Virus record (IMG/VR): IMGVR_UViG_3300025288_000013
Location: 46,223 to 110,222 of that record
Reading direction: 5' to 3' (one strand)
Source of the DNA: a virus
Length of the DNA stretch: 64,000 nt
Position 1 is the stretch's first letter. Each line of letters opens with the position of its first letter. The notes beneath the pieces are model-generated. The model saw only the letters and a program-made list of their open reading frames with translations, was not told the DNA's origin and ran no database searches. The translations under genes and the position numbers were made by a program. Below, one piece after another: positions 20,562 to 31,520 of this stretch.

Positions 20562-21082
20562 TATCCTATGGTTTTTACATCCATTTCAATCCAACCACAT
20601 TCAGATTTCAAAATCAAATCCCTAATTTTTGGGTAGACTATTTTATATGCATCAGCTGATTTTCCAATAAAATCTTTGTTAACTTCTGATGTCAATCCAA
20701 CCAATACACAAGCATCTGTGTTCTTACTTGTGTTGCCTATATGAATTAGCACATACTGAAATGACATGTTCGGGTAGACCAACTTCCAATTTGGTTCATT
20801 GTATATACATAACATACCTTTATGCCAATCAGCACCCATAAAGTCTTTAGAAGTTTTGTCGTTGAATTTCTTTTTATAATTATTGTGGTATCCACCCTCT
20901 GATCTAAGAGCGATTTTGACTTTTCCGTCTGGTATACGTGTTTCACCAGCTTTCTTAACTTCTCTGCCCTCATCTTCTATGGTGAAAGCTTCAAAATTTT
21001 TTTTTACATATATCATCCCACTGGAAAATGCTGGGTTGCTATCAAATCTTAATAGTGTTACATCTGAATTTATCATTGTCAT
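20561..21082 (-). CDS. Putative endolysin, DUF5675-like L,D-peptidase
   Basis: TIED...K..GETRIP.G and LIH.GN....T..C.LVG; alternative TTG start at 21103. Confidence 0.75.
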   Translation of the reverse strand: MTMINSDVTLLRFDSNPAFSSGMIYVKKNFEAFTIEDEGREVKKAGETRIPDGKVKIALRSEGGYHNNYKKKFNDKTSKDFMGADWHKGMLCIYNEPNWKLVYPNMSFQYVLIHIGNTSKNTDACVLVGLTSEVNKDFIGKSADAYKIVYPKIRDLILKSECGWIEMDVKTIG

Positions 21083-21108
21083 TACGTTTTGGTTAATGTT
21101 CAAATTAT

Positions 21109-21393
21109 TTATCTTTCTGATCTATCAAAATCTTCTTCTTTGTTATTCAATTTTGTGTCTTTATCTTTTAATATCTTCTTGGTTGTCACTGATTCAATTG
21201 TAGAAACCGCCATGAGTGATCCAACAAATGACAACAAATAAAACAAAACTGTTAGATTATCAACATGTTCAACCAACATGCTATAGAACACAACAATTGT
21301 TATCAAACACATTGTCCATATAGCCATGAATCTTTTTGAACTTTCCTTTGATGATCCCTCTATTATTTTCTTTATATAATTTATGAATTCCAT
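21109..21393 (-). CDS. Putative holin
   Basis: 94 aa, SSKRF then two TM helices, charged tail, upstream of endolysin. Confidence 0.6.
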   Translation of the reverse strand: MEFINYIKKIIEGSSKESSKRFMAIWTMCLITIVVFYSMLVEHVDNLTVLFYLLSFVGSLMAVSTIESVTTKKILKDKDTKLNNKEEDFDRSER

Positions 21394-22053
21394 TTATTCG
21401 TATTTAATGTTTCTAAAATAACCATTCATTTCTTCAAAGCTTCTAATACCATCAGTTGTTGCAAGTTCAACAGCCATAGCAAAAATTTCCATGACTGCTA
21501 TGGTTTTGTGGTAATTAGTTTTGTGATAAGTACCAGACAAAACCATATTTATTCTGTTATACACAGCTTTCAGAGTGTCATCATGCCACTTATCAAACAT
21601 TTTTAATGTGTGATAGCACTGATCATTTGACAAACCTTTTTTCCTAAATGTTTCCAAAGCTTTTCTATTACATTCTATTGTTGTTTTTGTAACCAAAGAT
21701 CTCATAATATTTGCATAATCAGATTTTGAACACGTCAATGTTTTTTTGTCATTTATAATTTGTATAATTTGCTCACCTATTTCTGTTAATTTTATTTTTA
21801 TGAAATCTTTGAAAATTTGCGTTTTGGCTTCATCATTTTCAAAAGTTATTTTATGTATGTCGTCAGCAAGAATTTTGTTGATTGTTGTAAATAAATCGTG
21901 ATTTTTTAATTGTTCCCTGGTACCCATTATACCAATCAATAACATAAAGTTTATTTTGTCCTTAAAAATATAAGATAAACTTACAAGTACTAATAATATT
22001 AATGTTACTATTGGTGACAAACCTTTTACTAATGTTTCTATTAACTTCTCCAT
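21394..22053 (-). CDS. Membrane protein of the lysis cassette
   Basis: Single N-terminal TM helix plus soluble domain. Confidence 0.55.
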   Translation of the reverse strand: MEKLIETLVKGLSPIVTLILLVLVSLSYIFKDKINFMLLIGIMGTREQLKNHDLFTTINKILADDIHKITFENDEAKTQIFKDFIKIKLTEIGEQIIQIINDKKTLTCSKSDYANIMRSLVTKTTIECNRKALETFRKKGLSNDQCYHTLKMFDKWHDDTLKAVYNRINMVLSGTYHKTNYHKTIAVMEIFAMAVELATTDGIRSFEEMNGYFRNIKYE

Positions 22054-22066
22054 TCTATTGTGATAT

Positions 22067-23488
22067 TTAAAGTTCCTTAACAATTACATTAAGGTCAACA
22101 GTCGCATTTGTTGCATCTGTTGCGTTTCTTATATGTATTTCTATAAAATCATCCAGTGTGTGATCTATCACCCCCATTATTGATATTGGGGTTGCCTTAC
22201 CTACACCATCAGTAGTAACCTTTAATTTTGATGACGGAATAATGCCACTTATTTTGCTATCATATATACCAAATTCAAGGGTTTTATTGTTTCCAGCTGT
22301 AAAACTAATCGTACAATAAACCGCCAATTTTCGTTTTATGGCTGTTTTACACATTAAGTTATTTGATGAATGTGCGTATTTAAACAAAAAACTACCGGCA
22401 ATTGTAGCACCGGCAATTTTTACAAATGATATTGTATCTGGTATAACTGTGGCAACAACGTTGCCAACCATATACATTGTGCCTATCACACTTGTATTGT
22501 CTATTGGACGACAATTGACAAATAATGATTTATCTGATGTGTGATCTATGCCTTGCAGATAAATTCCATTACCGCTAAAATGAATATCATTTAGTATATA
22601 ACTTTCAGAACCAATAACAGTATCAACATTGAAATCTATGCCAATTGCTGTTTCTGTTGGTGCAAATGCTGAATCTGTTACTCTAAATCTTCTATTGATT
22701 GTGGTTGTGGCAAGTGTTTTTAAAATTGTTGTGTTTGATGAAAGGAATAATGCTGTAAAAAATGATATTGTGTTACAAAACCCATCAAAAATTAACCCAC
22801 CACTGTTTATAAATGTTCCATTGCTGAAGATAAAATCAGAAAAATTTTTTATGACACCAATATTGGGACAATTAACAAAACTTACGCCTCTCCATATCAT
22901 GATGGCATTACTTCCGCCAGCACCATCTACACAATTTATGTCAAAAACTTTTGTGATATCTTTTATGGTTATATCTTGTATTGTCAGATCTTTTGTTGAT
23001 GTTATTATGGCGAAATCAGCACCTAAACCAGTTGATGTTATAGAATTACTACCGCCAGCTGTTCCATGAATGACATTGTTTATTCCACAAACTATTCTAT
23101 CACCACCCAAATCTACTGCTTTTGTTACAAAATATGTGATATTGTCAACAAGTGTTATAACACCACCAACCGCTTCTGGGAAATCAAAATTATTATTTAT
23201 CCACACTATGTTTTCTGGAGCATTTCCTGTATTTTGTAATGTTATTGTATTAATACCGTCTGTGTATTTATAAACGTGTTGCGTTGTGTTATACCACAAC
23301 GCACCATCAACCAATACTTCTGGGTCTGTTGCGTATTTCGGTATAACTGACCCTGTTGCTGTTTCTATATCAGAATCAACTTGTGATTTTGTAGTTGGCT
23401 GGCTATTTGTTGTAGCATTTGGTACATTTTCTATTGATTTATTATTTACATCTAATCCGAATATACTTAATTTTCCTCTAATTTTCAT
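22067..23488 (-). CDS. Tail fibre/spike protein (beta-helix-like)
   Basis: Stalk motif I.NV.N......TK.QVD; DFP.AVGGVITL; T/N/I-rich. Confidence 0.65.
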   Translation of the reverse strand: MKIRGKLSIFGLDVNNKSIENVPNATTNSQPTTKSQVDSDIETATGSVIPKYATDPEVLVDGALWYNTTQHVYKYTDGINTITLQNTGNAPENIVWINNNFDFPEAVGGVITLVDNITYFVTKAVDLGGDRIVCGINNVIHGTAGGSNSITSTGLGADFAIITSTKDLTIQDITIKDITKVFDINCVDGAGGSNAIMIWRGVSFVNCPNIGVIKNFSDFIFSNGTFINSGGLIFDGFCNTISFFTALFLSSNTTILKTLATTTINRRFRVTDSAFAPTETAIGIDFNVDTVIGSESYILNDIHFSGNGIYLQGIDHTSDKSLFVNCRPIDNTSVIGTMYMVGNVVATVIPDTISFVKIAGATIAGSFLFKYAHSSNNLMCKTAIKRKLAVYCTISFTAGNNKTLEFGIYDSKISGIIPSSKLKVTTDGVGKATPISIMGVIDHTLDDFIEIHIRNATDATNATVDLNVIVKEL

Positions 23489-23498
23489 AACAAATTTT

Positions 23499-24680
23499 TT
23501 AAGATTTCATAACTGATATATAAACACCATCAGTTGCAGATGGATAAACAACATCAAATATAACATGTAATGTATTAACATCAACCGCAAAAACAGCATC
23601 AGCTATAATCACCTCACTTGTTAATTTATCAACTAAATTAAACAAAAATCTCTCCTTTGCCGTTAAATTTAAATTGTGTATAACTATATATCTTTGTTCA
23701 GTACCAATTGGCACATAAGTCCCATCAACATCAGTTGATAATATCTCTTTGAAAAATGTTGGCGGTGAACCAAGTAGTGCTTGTGCTTGTGCTAATGGTA
23801 CTAAATCTTGTGCACCAATGGCGTTAACACCAATTTGTGGATTTACAAAAGGCGTAGAACCATCTGTTTGAACAGCATTATTGACTTTTGATAAATTAAC
23901 ATCTTCATTTGGTATAATTAGATTTCTTAACACACCTGTTGCGATTGCTGTTGTTGTAAATCCAACTTTCTTTGTTGCATCAGCACCATCAAATACCCTG
24001 AAAACACTATTATCAAACGTATCTTTTCCGACAGGTATTTCGAAAAAATCATTTGCGACTGCCGTATTACCACTGCCTGTACCCCACGTCAAATTGGTTC
24101 TCAATCCCACCCACACATAAAACTTTATAATAACTCCGTTAGTCCATTTTATGAAAATCGTATCATATTCATTAATTGTTATTTGTGTAGAATTGTTGAA
24201 TGCACTTTGTATGTTTGACTGAACAACTGTTATATCGTGTAGATGTACTTTTGAATCGAATATAACCTTTGTTATAACATTTGTTGGAAATGTTCCGTTG
24301 TTGTGATATTGAAGAATTTTGTTACCAACTTTTATTGAAAAAAGTGTGTTGTTTGGTATAACTGCTACATTCCACACATTATTCCAATACAAAGCAACAT
24401 TGTTAGTGTTACCAGATAAAATTCCTATCGGTGCATTACCTATTAGATATTTATCACCATTTTTTGGTGAAACTACTGTGGAAACATCGTTAATTGTACC
24501 AAGTAGATTCAATCCATCAGTAAGTTTTAATGAATCTATGTCATTTAGTTGTATGATTGTTCCATTATCGGTTTTTATGTAACCTTTCTTATTAGAAGAA
24601 TCTATAAAGAATGTCACAAATCCAGCTGGCGGAGTTGGTATAGCACTTTGACTTCTTGGTATTAATGTTAAAACTGACAT
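23499..24680 (-). CDS. Tail fibre-associated protein
   Basis: N-terminal anchor shared with 24684 and 29359; HNL C-terminal module. Confidence 0.65.
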   Translation of the reverse strand: MSVLTLIPRSQSAIPTPPAGFVTFFIDSSNKKGYIKTDNGTIIQLNDIDSLKLTDGLNLLGTINDVSTVVSPKNGDKYLIGNAPIGILSGNTNNVALYWNNVWNVAVIPNNTLFSIKVGNKILQYHNNGTFPTNVITKVIFDSKVHLHDITVVQSNIQSAFNNSTQITINEYDTIFIKWTNGVIIKFYVWVGLRTNLTWGTGSGNTAVANDFFEIPVGKDTFDNSVFRVFDGADATKKVGFTTTAIATGVLRNLIIPNEDVNLSKVNNAVQTDGSTPFVNPQIGVNAIGAQDLVPLAQAQALLGSPPTFFKEILSTDVDGTYVPIGTEQRYIVIHNLNLTAKERFLFNLVDKLTSEVIIADAVFAVDVNTLHVIFDVVYPSATDGVYISVMKS

Positions 24681-24683
24681 GTT

Positions 24684-25244
24684 TTATAAATCTAATAATT
24701 TGTAAAAAAGTTTTATTGTTATTGTTGATGATGCCGATCCACCAATTATATCTGTTGATGTTATTAAAATTTTTATAGCATGATTTTCTGTGACAATTTT
24801 TGCAAACGACATAGCGGTTTCATTAACAGCTGATTTTATTGATTTTATGGTTTTTTCTTTAAATATTTCAGCACCCACCGTGCCAATTACCTGAACATAA
24901 TTGTTTTGGATGATTATGTTATCTGTAACAATTATATCAACGCCATCTGGATCAACTGTTACAAGTGTTTTATCTTGTTCAAATATAGCAGCTTGTCCAT
25001 TTACTATACCAAGATCAACTTCAGTTAGTTTTATATTGTTACCAACCAAATTAGTGTAAGTTGCCCTATCCATTATTATTTCAACAGATAGAACGTCATT
25101 CAATTTGTTGCCTATTATTATTGAATTACCGTTTGGTTTTTTTATACCAATTTCATCATTATCAGTAGCAAACAACGTAATATCATCACCAAGTGGTGAA
25201 ATTATCTGTGCTGGGTTTGTTTTCCTTAGAGTAATAGATGACAT
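24684..25244 (-). CDS. Virion accessory protein
   Basis: Shared N-terminal anchor segment. Confidence 0.6.
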   Translation of the reverse strand: MSSITLRKTNPAQIISPLGDDITLFATDNDEIGIKKPNGNSIIIGNKLNDVLSVEIIMDRATYTNLVGNNIKLTEVDLGIVNGQAAIFEQDKTLVTVDPDGVDIIVTDNIIIQNNYVQVIGTVGAEIFKEKTIKSIKSAVNETAMSFAKIVTENHAIKILITSTDIIGGSASSTITIKLFYKLLDL

Positions 25245-25251
25245 AATATCT

Positions 25252-25689
25252 TTATTTTTGTATATTTATTGTTTCGCCAACAGCATCAATATACAATTTG
25301 TTGTCAATTATTTTTGCGTTTCTTAATCCAATAGAAAATAATTCGTCTTTGTTCCTCAATAATTTTGATATTGCTGAATTAAGATCACGTTTTGTTGGTT
25401 TTATGCCTATTGTTAATAAGAACCCATCACCACTATTACAAGTTTTGAGTTTTTTACTTTTGATAACTTTTTTTATTGATATACCGTTTTTAACTTGTTT
25501 CTCAAATTCGTCCCACCATGTGTTCACAAATACCGGTTTATCAAGAATAACTCTTATGAGTTCTATTGATATAATGAGTTTAGGATCAATTTCACCAAGT
25601 CCATTATTTATACCATTAACATATGATTCTGGGCTAACGAATTCATCAGCATAAAAATTGTCAAATATCTTTCTTCTTTCTAATTTCAT
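25252..25689 (-). CDS. Degenerate peptidase M15-like protein
   Basis: NF.ADEFV, DP.L.....IR..L.KPV.VN.W, LYID; no histidines. Confidence 0.45.
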   Translation of the reverse strand: MKLERRKIFDNFYADEFVSPESYVNGINNGLGEIDPKLIISIELIRVILDKPVFVNTWWDEFEKQVKNGISIKKVIKSKKLKTCNSGDGFLLTIGIKPTKRDLNSAISKLLRNKDELFSIGLRNAKIIDNKLYIDAVGETINIQK

Positions 25690-25701
25690 TGGGTTTTGTT
25701 T

Positions 25702-26127
25702 TTAATAATTTACGTATCTCTTTACATCACGAGAATCTCTATAATAATAAAAACCTGTTGATGATTCATATAATACAGGTCGTAATTCTTTATATTCATC
25801 TCTAAAATAAACACGCTTCTTGTTTATATCGTATCTTAATCCTAATGAAAATGTGTGTTGTTCACTTGGAAATCTTTGTCCTATTAATATTTCAAGTTCT
25901 TTTATTTTATTGTCTTGGTAAGCATGGATTGAATCTGACTTAGGTAACAAAACTTCTTTAGCATAATAACCGTATTCTACTACTTTAATAAACTCTTTGT
26001 AAGTTTCGGTATTCTTTATAGCTAAACCACCTAAGAATATTACAAGTGTAAAAATGGGACCAGCTACAAATAGAACATCTTTTACTTTACTTATTATTTC
26101 TGATAGTTTTAAATCAAACATGGGCAT
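25702..26127 (-). CDS. Membrane-anchored hypothetical protein
   Basis: One N-terminal TM helix. Confidence 0.6.
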   Translation of the reverse strand: MPMFDLKLSEIISKVKDVLFVAGPIFTLVIFLGGLAIKNTETYKEFIKVVEYGYYAKEVLLPKSDSIHAYQDNKIKELEILIGQRFPSEQHTFSLGLRYDINKKRVYFRDEYKELRPVLYESSTGFYYYRDSRDVKRYVNY

Positions 26128-26180
26128 AAAAATTTTATCCTAATAATGCTTTTAATTCTGTTCTTTTTTCGTTCATTCCT

Positions 26181-26417
26181 TTAAATTTCTTCTACTTTAA
26201 TATCATTTATATTTATTTCAGTCCAATCTAAATGGGCAACTTTTTCTTGATGTTCTTTTTTGTCGGGGTAAGGAATTGCAAAATTTCCATTTTTCAGCCT
26301 AATATCAGGGTTTTCAAAACGTCCAGAATATCTACAACTTATTGCTAATAAATCAACAATCTCTTGCTGTTTAGTTTCAAATTCTTTAACCGAATTTACT
26401 ATTATTGCTCTTATCAT
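26181..26417 (-). CDS. Small protein, possible fibre chaperone
   Basis: ATGA overlap with the upstream fibre gene. Confidence 0.55.
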   Translation of the reverse strand: MIRAIIVNSVKEFETKQQEIVDLLAISCRYSGRFENPDIRLKNGNFAIPYPDKKEHQEKVAHLDWTEININDIKVEEI

Positions 26418-27139
26418 GCTATTCCGTAAAGTGCTTTAAGCGTGTTTGAATTATTCGTTAATTTCGTTGAGTTGTAGCTACCAAATGAAGCATATCCCTC
26501 ATCGGTTAGAAATGAAAGTAAAGTATTAGAACTTGTCGCTATCCTGCCTATTAAAGATAAATTAGTTGTTGCTGTTGGTATTAATAATGGATTTGATGCT
26601 GGTGCATTAACTCTTAAAATTCCATTTGTGTATATTTGAATATTTGTCCCTGTGTATGCAAATATGATTAATATTTTGCCGCTACCAATTGCTGAGCCAA
26701 ATGAGATTGGAAATGAACTTGTTCCAGCAGAGTTAAATGTCTGCATTATAATTCCACCCGTTGTTACAATAAATTCAAAACCTTCATTATTTGGATTGGC
26801 GGTATTAAAGCAAGTTAACATTCTGTAAACAGATGAAGCATTGTAATTTATAACAAAGTTAGCCATCCAGCCGCTATAACTCCTTCCGAAATTAGTAATA
26901 TTTTTTGTTATAATATCGTCAATCGCATCTCCTTTATAACTCTTCAAACCATTTATAGTAGTTGCTGTTGGCTTATTCGCTAAAGCAGGATTTTGTAAAT
27001 TCAATCCTCCAACACTTCCACTATCGGGAATGGTTATAATATTCCCATCGGCATTTTGAACATTAGGCATAAACCATTCATTCTCAATGTCTAATATTTG
27101 AGTTAAACTTACGTATCTATATGGATTAATTATGTTCAT
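26414..27139 (-). CDS. LamG/ConA-like tail-associated protein
   Basis: Start MNIINPYRY coupled to upstream stop; Y.G..I.IY.NG motif. Confidence 0.6.
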   Translation of the reverse strand: MNIINPYRYVSLTQILDIENEWFMPNVQNADGNIITIPDSGSVGGLNLQNPALANKPTATTINGLKSYKGDAIDDIITKNITNFGRSYSGWMANFVINYNASSVYRMLTCFNTANPNNEGFEFIVTTGGIIMQTFNSAGTSSFPISFGSAIGSGKILIIFAYTGTNIQIYTNGILRVNAPASNPLLIPTATTNLSLIGRIATSSNTLLSFLTDEGYASFGSYNSTKLTNNSNTLKALYGIA

Positions 27140-27933
27140 TAGGCTATTAATTTTACTTTTAAGCCAGCACCAGCAATTGTGCTGCCCACTTGTGTTATAA
27201 AACATTCTATTTTATCTCCTTGCACAAATGCTTCTGTACCATTTAAAACATAAGGAACAGAAGCGGTTAAACTTGTGTTTTCAGTTGTATCAATGCTTAT
27301 TAGTGTGCTAAAAATAGATGTTCCGTTTTTCTTAATATCTACTATTATTTTAGCTCCTGTTGGTGCGGTATTTACGTTTGTCATTACTGATGTTGGTGTT
27401 ATTGGCACTGCTATATAATCTGTATAAACAGATGTTGTTGCATCTGCCCCTAAATCAGAGGTTTCGTCTGATGCAGCAAACATATATGAGTGTTTTGGTA
27501 TATCATCCAAATGAGCAACCACACCTGATTTCGCCCTCCATGTTTGAGTGAAGTTAAGACCGGGAAAAGCAATAGCATTATAGTCATGTGTGATTTTACC
27601 AATACCATCATAAGTCCACTCTAGTAATCGAGATACTGTTTCTATAATATTAGATTTAAGAGATTTACCATTGGTAGATAAATCTAAATCTCCTGTCATT
27701 GGAGTTGTTCCATCTAATTTTAAGTAGGGAGATAAATCTTCGTTAATGATATTCTTGAAAATTGTTCCATTCCACACAAAATATAAAAGTTGCGTATTGT
27801 TCCAAATGACATAGGGCTTTGTATCGCCAGCACCGATTAAAGAGAATTTTAAAGCCAACATTTCTGCATCGGTAACTTCAACCGTTTTGATGGGTCTTAT
27901 CTGTCCTTGTATGTTAGAATCTGTTTGTTTCAT
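27139..27933 (-). CDS. Tail fibre-associated protein
   Basis: YLKLDG..PMTGDL; TAPTGA...VDI.KNGTSIFST; IAGAGLKV. Confidence 0.65.
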   Translation of the reverse strand: MKQTDSNIQGQIRPIKTVEVTDAEMLALKFSLIGAGDTKPYVIWNNTQLLYFVWNGTIFKNIINEDLSPYLKLDGTTPMTGDLDLSTNGKSLKSNIIETVSRLLEWTYDGIGKITHDYNAIAFPGLNFTQTWRAKSGVVAHLDDIPKHSYMFAASDETSDLGADATTSVYTDYIAVPITPTSVMTNVNTAPTGAKIIVDIKKNGTSIFSTLISIDTTENTSLTASVPYVLNGTEAFVQGDKIECFITQVGSTIAGAGLKVKLIA

Positions 27934-27947
27934 TTTTATTTTTTATT

Positions 27948-29354
27948 TTATTCAATACCACTATCAAATATAAAGTTAGTACCACTAATGGTATTTGTTA
28001 TGTTCGTATTCACGTCAACATTACTAAATACACTTCCAAGTATTTTTATGTTTTTAGGCGAACCAGCTGCTATGGATTCTGGTGTTCCAGCTGCGACGTT
28101 CATAACCATTTTTACATTATCCATGATGATATTAGTACTGCCAGCAATGTCAATACATGAAACTGTTATACCAATGTTTGCAAGATTTTGGTATATTTTT
28201 GTATTTTCAAGTATGAGTTTTGATGTTGTGCCAGATTCTTGTATTGCTGTTAATGATGAATCTGTGTGTACTTCAGAATTTTTAATTTTGAGAATTTGGT
28301 CAACACTTATATTGATAGGTGCTAATGCACCTGTTGTATAAATCTTGCCCTCAAAATTTGTTGTGCTGCCAGACGAATCACCAAATATCGCATGCTTATT
28401 TAGTGAATAAATATCACCCCGTAAAATAAGACTCCCGAATTGTATTGTTCGTATTGCTGCGGTTCCCCAAAATCCTGATGGTGATGTAATGACTTCTTGG
28501 TAAACATTACCGTTTATTGTTAGTGTGCCACCATTATTTGTGGTACCAGATATCATGACTACTGGGTAACTTGATGTTCCCCCATTTGATTCAGACTTTC
28601 CATAAATATTACCAATTATCTTTGGGTTGCCGCCCATATTGAACATACTTACTGCAGCGTTCAAACTTATTGTTGTATTATCTGTTGATATTTTTGGGCA
28701 AATAAAAGTTCCCTCTGCAAAATTTGATAATTGTATTGTATAAATATTGCCACTAATGCCTGTTGTGTGTATAAAATCAGTTGCTTCAAAGACACTATCA
28801 GACGTTCCACCAGACGAATCTATAACTCTTGCTGCACTACCATCAACAGTAACACTTTTACATTTTATATTAAATTTTGTTAGGGCGTTATCAACATCCA
28901 TGAACTTTTTGTTGGATCCTGTTACATAAAATATTATGTCACCTTTAACGTCTATTGTTATTTGTAAACCATTATCAGCAAATGCCGTTGTTCCAAAAAA
29001 ATTTATAGTTGGGCTTCCAATACCAACCATTTTTACACCATTTTTTGCAAGATTTGTAAAACTTGAGTAAGTTCCTCCAACTATCATTATAGTATCACCA
29101 CTAACAGCCACAGAAATTGCCTCGTCTATATTAATAAATTTTTTTGATAAACTACCCTTTGTAGCACCATTAGCAATTGATACTCCGTTCGGTGCAACAA
29201 ACAAAACATTATCAAAATTTGTTGATATAGAAGTTAGTTGCTGCATTGTTGCTGCATCATTTGGGTCTGTGCCATCAGCGACATTTTTGATTTGTTTTTG
29301 TGTAGTAAAAACAATTGCTTCATCAAAATTTATAAATTTGTTGCTTGGTTTCAT
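27948..29354 (-). CDS. Tail spike, pectin-lyase-like beta-helix (putative depolymerase)
   Basis: IKNVADGT...DAAT..QL; FVAPNG..GS..K.F..I..A......GDTI....GTY. Confidence 0.7.
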   Translation of the reverse strand: MKPSNKFINFDEAIVFTTQKQIKNVADGTDPNDAATMQQLTSISTNFDNVLFVAPNGVSIANGATKGSLSKKFINIDEAISVAVSGDTIMIVGGTYSSFTNLAKNGVKMVGIGSPTINFFGTTAFADNGLQITIDVKGDIIFYVTGSNKKFMDVDNALTKFNIKCKSVTVDGSAARVIDSSGGTSDSVFEATDFIHTTGISGNIYTIQLSNFAEGTFICPKISTDNTTISLNAAVSMFNMGGNPKIIGNIYGKSESNGGTSSYPVVMISGTTNNGGTLTINGNVYQEVITSPSGFWGTAAIRTIQFGSLILRGDIYSLNKHAIFGDSSGSTTNFEGKIYTTGALAPINISVDQILKIKNSEVHTDSSLTAIQESGTTSKLILENTKIYQNLANIGITVSCIDIAGSTNIIMDNVKMVMNVAAGTPESIAAGSPKNIKILGSVFSNVDVNTNITNTISGTNFIFDSGIE

Positions 29355-29358
29355 ACCT

Positions 29359-29820
29359 TTATATGTTATATTTTATGGTTATAGAATCTGTTGTACTCAA
29401 ATTTACTCCCAATATAGATGGATTGACATGTAAAGTATCGCCGACGTCCACTTTGCCATTGGCGTGTGACGAATTGAACCCCTTAGCGGTATTACCACCA
29501 TCATTTGAGAAATAAAAAGGTTTTGTTTTTGTACCGTCGCCAACATTAAATTTTATACCGTCTATATAAATGGAAATATTATCTCCATCAGTTGGTATTT
29601 TGTCTATTGTTTCATTTACAGCCTTATCACCGTCATTTAATGATACCAAAGTTTGTAAATCTTGTTGTTCATAATTTTTGCCACCCCCAATTGGTATAAC
29701 TGATCCATTTGATTTTTTTATTGCAAGTGTGTCAGTATTTGTTATGAATAATTTTATATAATCACCATCTGGTAATTGAACGTTTATTGGATCATTGGGT
29801 TTTAATGTTAAATGTGACAT
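29359..29820 (-). CDS. Virion accessory protein
   Basis: Shared anchor; GDG.KT...YFS.DGG.TA. Confidence 0.6.
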   Translation of the reverse strand: MSHLTLKPNDPINVQLPDGDYIKLFITNTDTLAIKKSNGSVIPIGGGKNYEQQDLQTLVSLNDGDKAVNETIDKIPTDGDNISIYIDGIKFNVGDGTKTKPFYFSNDGGNTAKGFNSSHANGKVDVGDTLHVNPSILGVNLSTTDSITIKYNI

Positions 29821-29876
29821 AAATTTATTGTATTTGATTTATTTATTGTTTAATATATAAATCAAAGAATTTTCAT

Positions 29877-31520
29877 ATGGCATTTATACCAGGCAATACA
29901 ACCATAGAATCAGAACAATCAAATGAATTTGACGATCAAGATATAAATGCTATAAATGAATCGAACATATCAAACGACGGCGAATCATCACAACAACCAG
30001 AAAGTGAAATTGTTGAAAACAACGATGGAGTATTGTATAGGGAAGCCACACTAAAAAACAATGTGTTTGGTTATGAAAGATCGGTTAGAACATCACAACT
30101 TGAAGACGTTTATGGATCGCCGTCAATATTCAACAAAGGGACTTTGTTTGTTTATCCATCAAGTAGCAGCAGAAACGGTATAAGAAGATTCCATGATATA
30201 GATGGTGAAACAAACATGTTTCCAAACATGAATCCAACCTATTCACAAATAATAGAATTATCAAAAATAAAATTTGGTGGGAATCATACAAACACAGAAC
30301 TGAAATGGGCAGACTTTGTTTATTGTAAACACTTTGAAAAAATACCAACAAATAGATTGCTGATTTTGAGGCGGTATCCTTTTCCAACCTATAATAACTT
30401 ACAATTTCCATTGGATGAAGAGGTTAGACCACTTTCAACAGGTATAACTTATTTTGGTGGTGAAACTGGCAATACATTATCAGAATTTTTTAAACTTAGT
30501 GGTTATAAAAATTACAAAGATCTTACTGCATCATTGGAAGTTATAAGTGGTCAAGGACAAAACAAATCGATGGGTGACACACCTTTGATTGGTGCAGCTG
30601 GTAGTACCGTTAACAAAGGTTTAAAAGTTGTTAGTGCAGCAAGTGGTCGTGGTGACATAAGTGGTCGTGAAAGAGTGAAAAATGAAGCATTGGCTGGGAA
30701 GAATTGGGAAAATGAAAGAAAGGGCGAGGAAAATGTAATACACAAAACTGTAATAGCTGATGTGGGTGTTGGGGTAGAATTAGCATTTGATATCATTTTT
30801 GAATATAAATTAAGAAGTTACAATGGTATAAATCCAAGAATAGCTATGCTTGATTTAATAACCAATTTGATGACATTAACCCACACAAATGCTTCTTTTT
30901 GGGGTGGCACAAACATAGTGTTACCAAACAGTCCAAAATTCCCATTTATTGGCGATCAAGATTCTTATTATCGTGGTGACTATTCATCTTATTTGGGAAG
31001 TGTGATGGATTCGTTTTCTGGCGTTGGCGAGGGGTTATCCAATCTACTAGATGGAATATTGTCTGGGGATTTAAGTTCAATCGGTGCTGCTCTTGGTAGT
31101 GCGGGTAGCAAGGTTTTAGATTTACAATCAAGTAAGTCCAGATCATCTGTAATTGGATTGAAAGCGTTGCTTGATGCCTCACCTGTTGGTAATTATCATC
31201 TTACCATTGGTAACCCTTTAGAACCAATAGGAAAAATAGGCAATTTAATTTGCCCAAAATTTGAACTTAGCTTTGGCGATGAAATTGGCTACAACGGATT
31301 TCCAACCACCGTTAAACTAAATGTTTCACTTAAACTTGCCACCCCACTTGATTCTACTGGGGTTCAATCAATTTTTGCCAATGGTATTAGTTCAAACAGA
31401 ATGTATATGAAACCAGAAACTTTTATCAGTGAAGACGGCAAAAATAATGAAGATGCAACATTCAATGGAACAAAATATAGGAAAGATGATATTGATAGGA
31501 TGGATGGTGTTATATTCTAG
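29877..31520 (+). CDS. Putative baseplate/tail hub protein
   Basis: 547 aa; IP.NRL..LRR.P.P, HLTIGNP..PI..IGNLIC. Confidence 0.55.
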   Translation: MAFIPGNTTIESEQSNEFDDQDINAINESNISNDGESSQQPESEIVENNDGVLYREATLKNNVFGYERSVRTSQLEDVYGSPSIFNKGTLFVYPSSSSRNGIRRFHDIDGETNMFPNMNPTYSQIIELSKIKFGGNHTNTELKWADFVYCKHFEKIPTNRLLILRRYPFPTYNNLQFPLDEEVRPLSTGITYFGGETGNTLSEFFKLSGYKNYKDLTASLEVISGQGQNKSMGDTPLIGAAGSTVNKGLKVVSAASGRGDISGRERVKNEALAGKNWENERKGEENVIHKTVIADVGVGVELAFDIIFEYKLRSYNGINPRIAMLDLITNLMTLTHTNASFWGGTNIVLPNSPKFPFIGDQDSYYRGDYSSYLGSVMDSFSGVGEGLSNLLDGILSGDLSSIGAALGSAGSKVLDLQSSKSRSSVIGLKALLDASPVGNYHLTIGNPLEPIGKIGNLICPKFELSFGDEIGYNGFPTTVKLNVSLKLATPLDSTGVQSIFANGISSNRMYMKPETFISEDGKNNEDATFNGTKYRKDDIDRMDGVIF

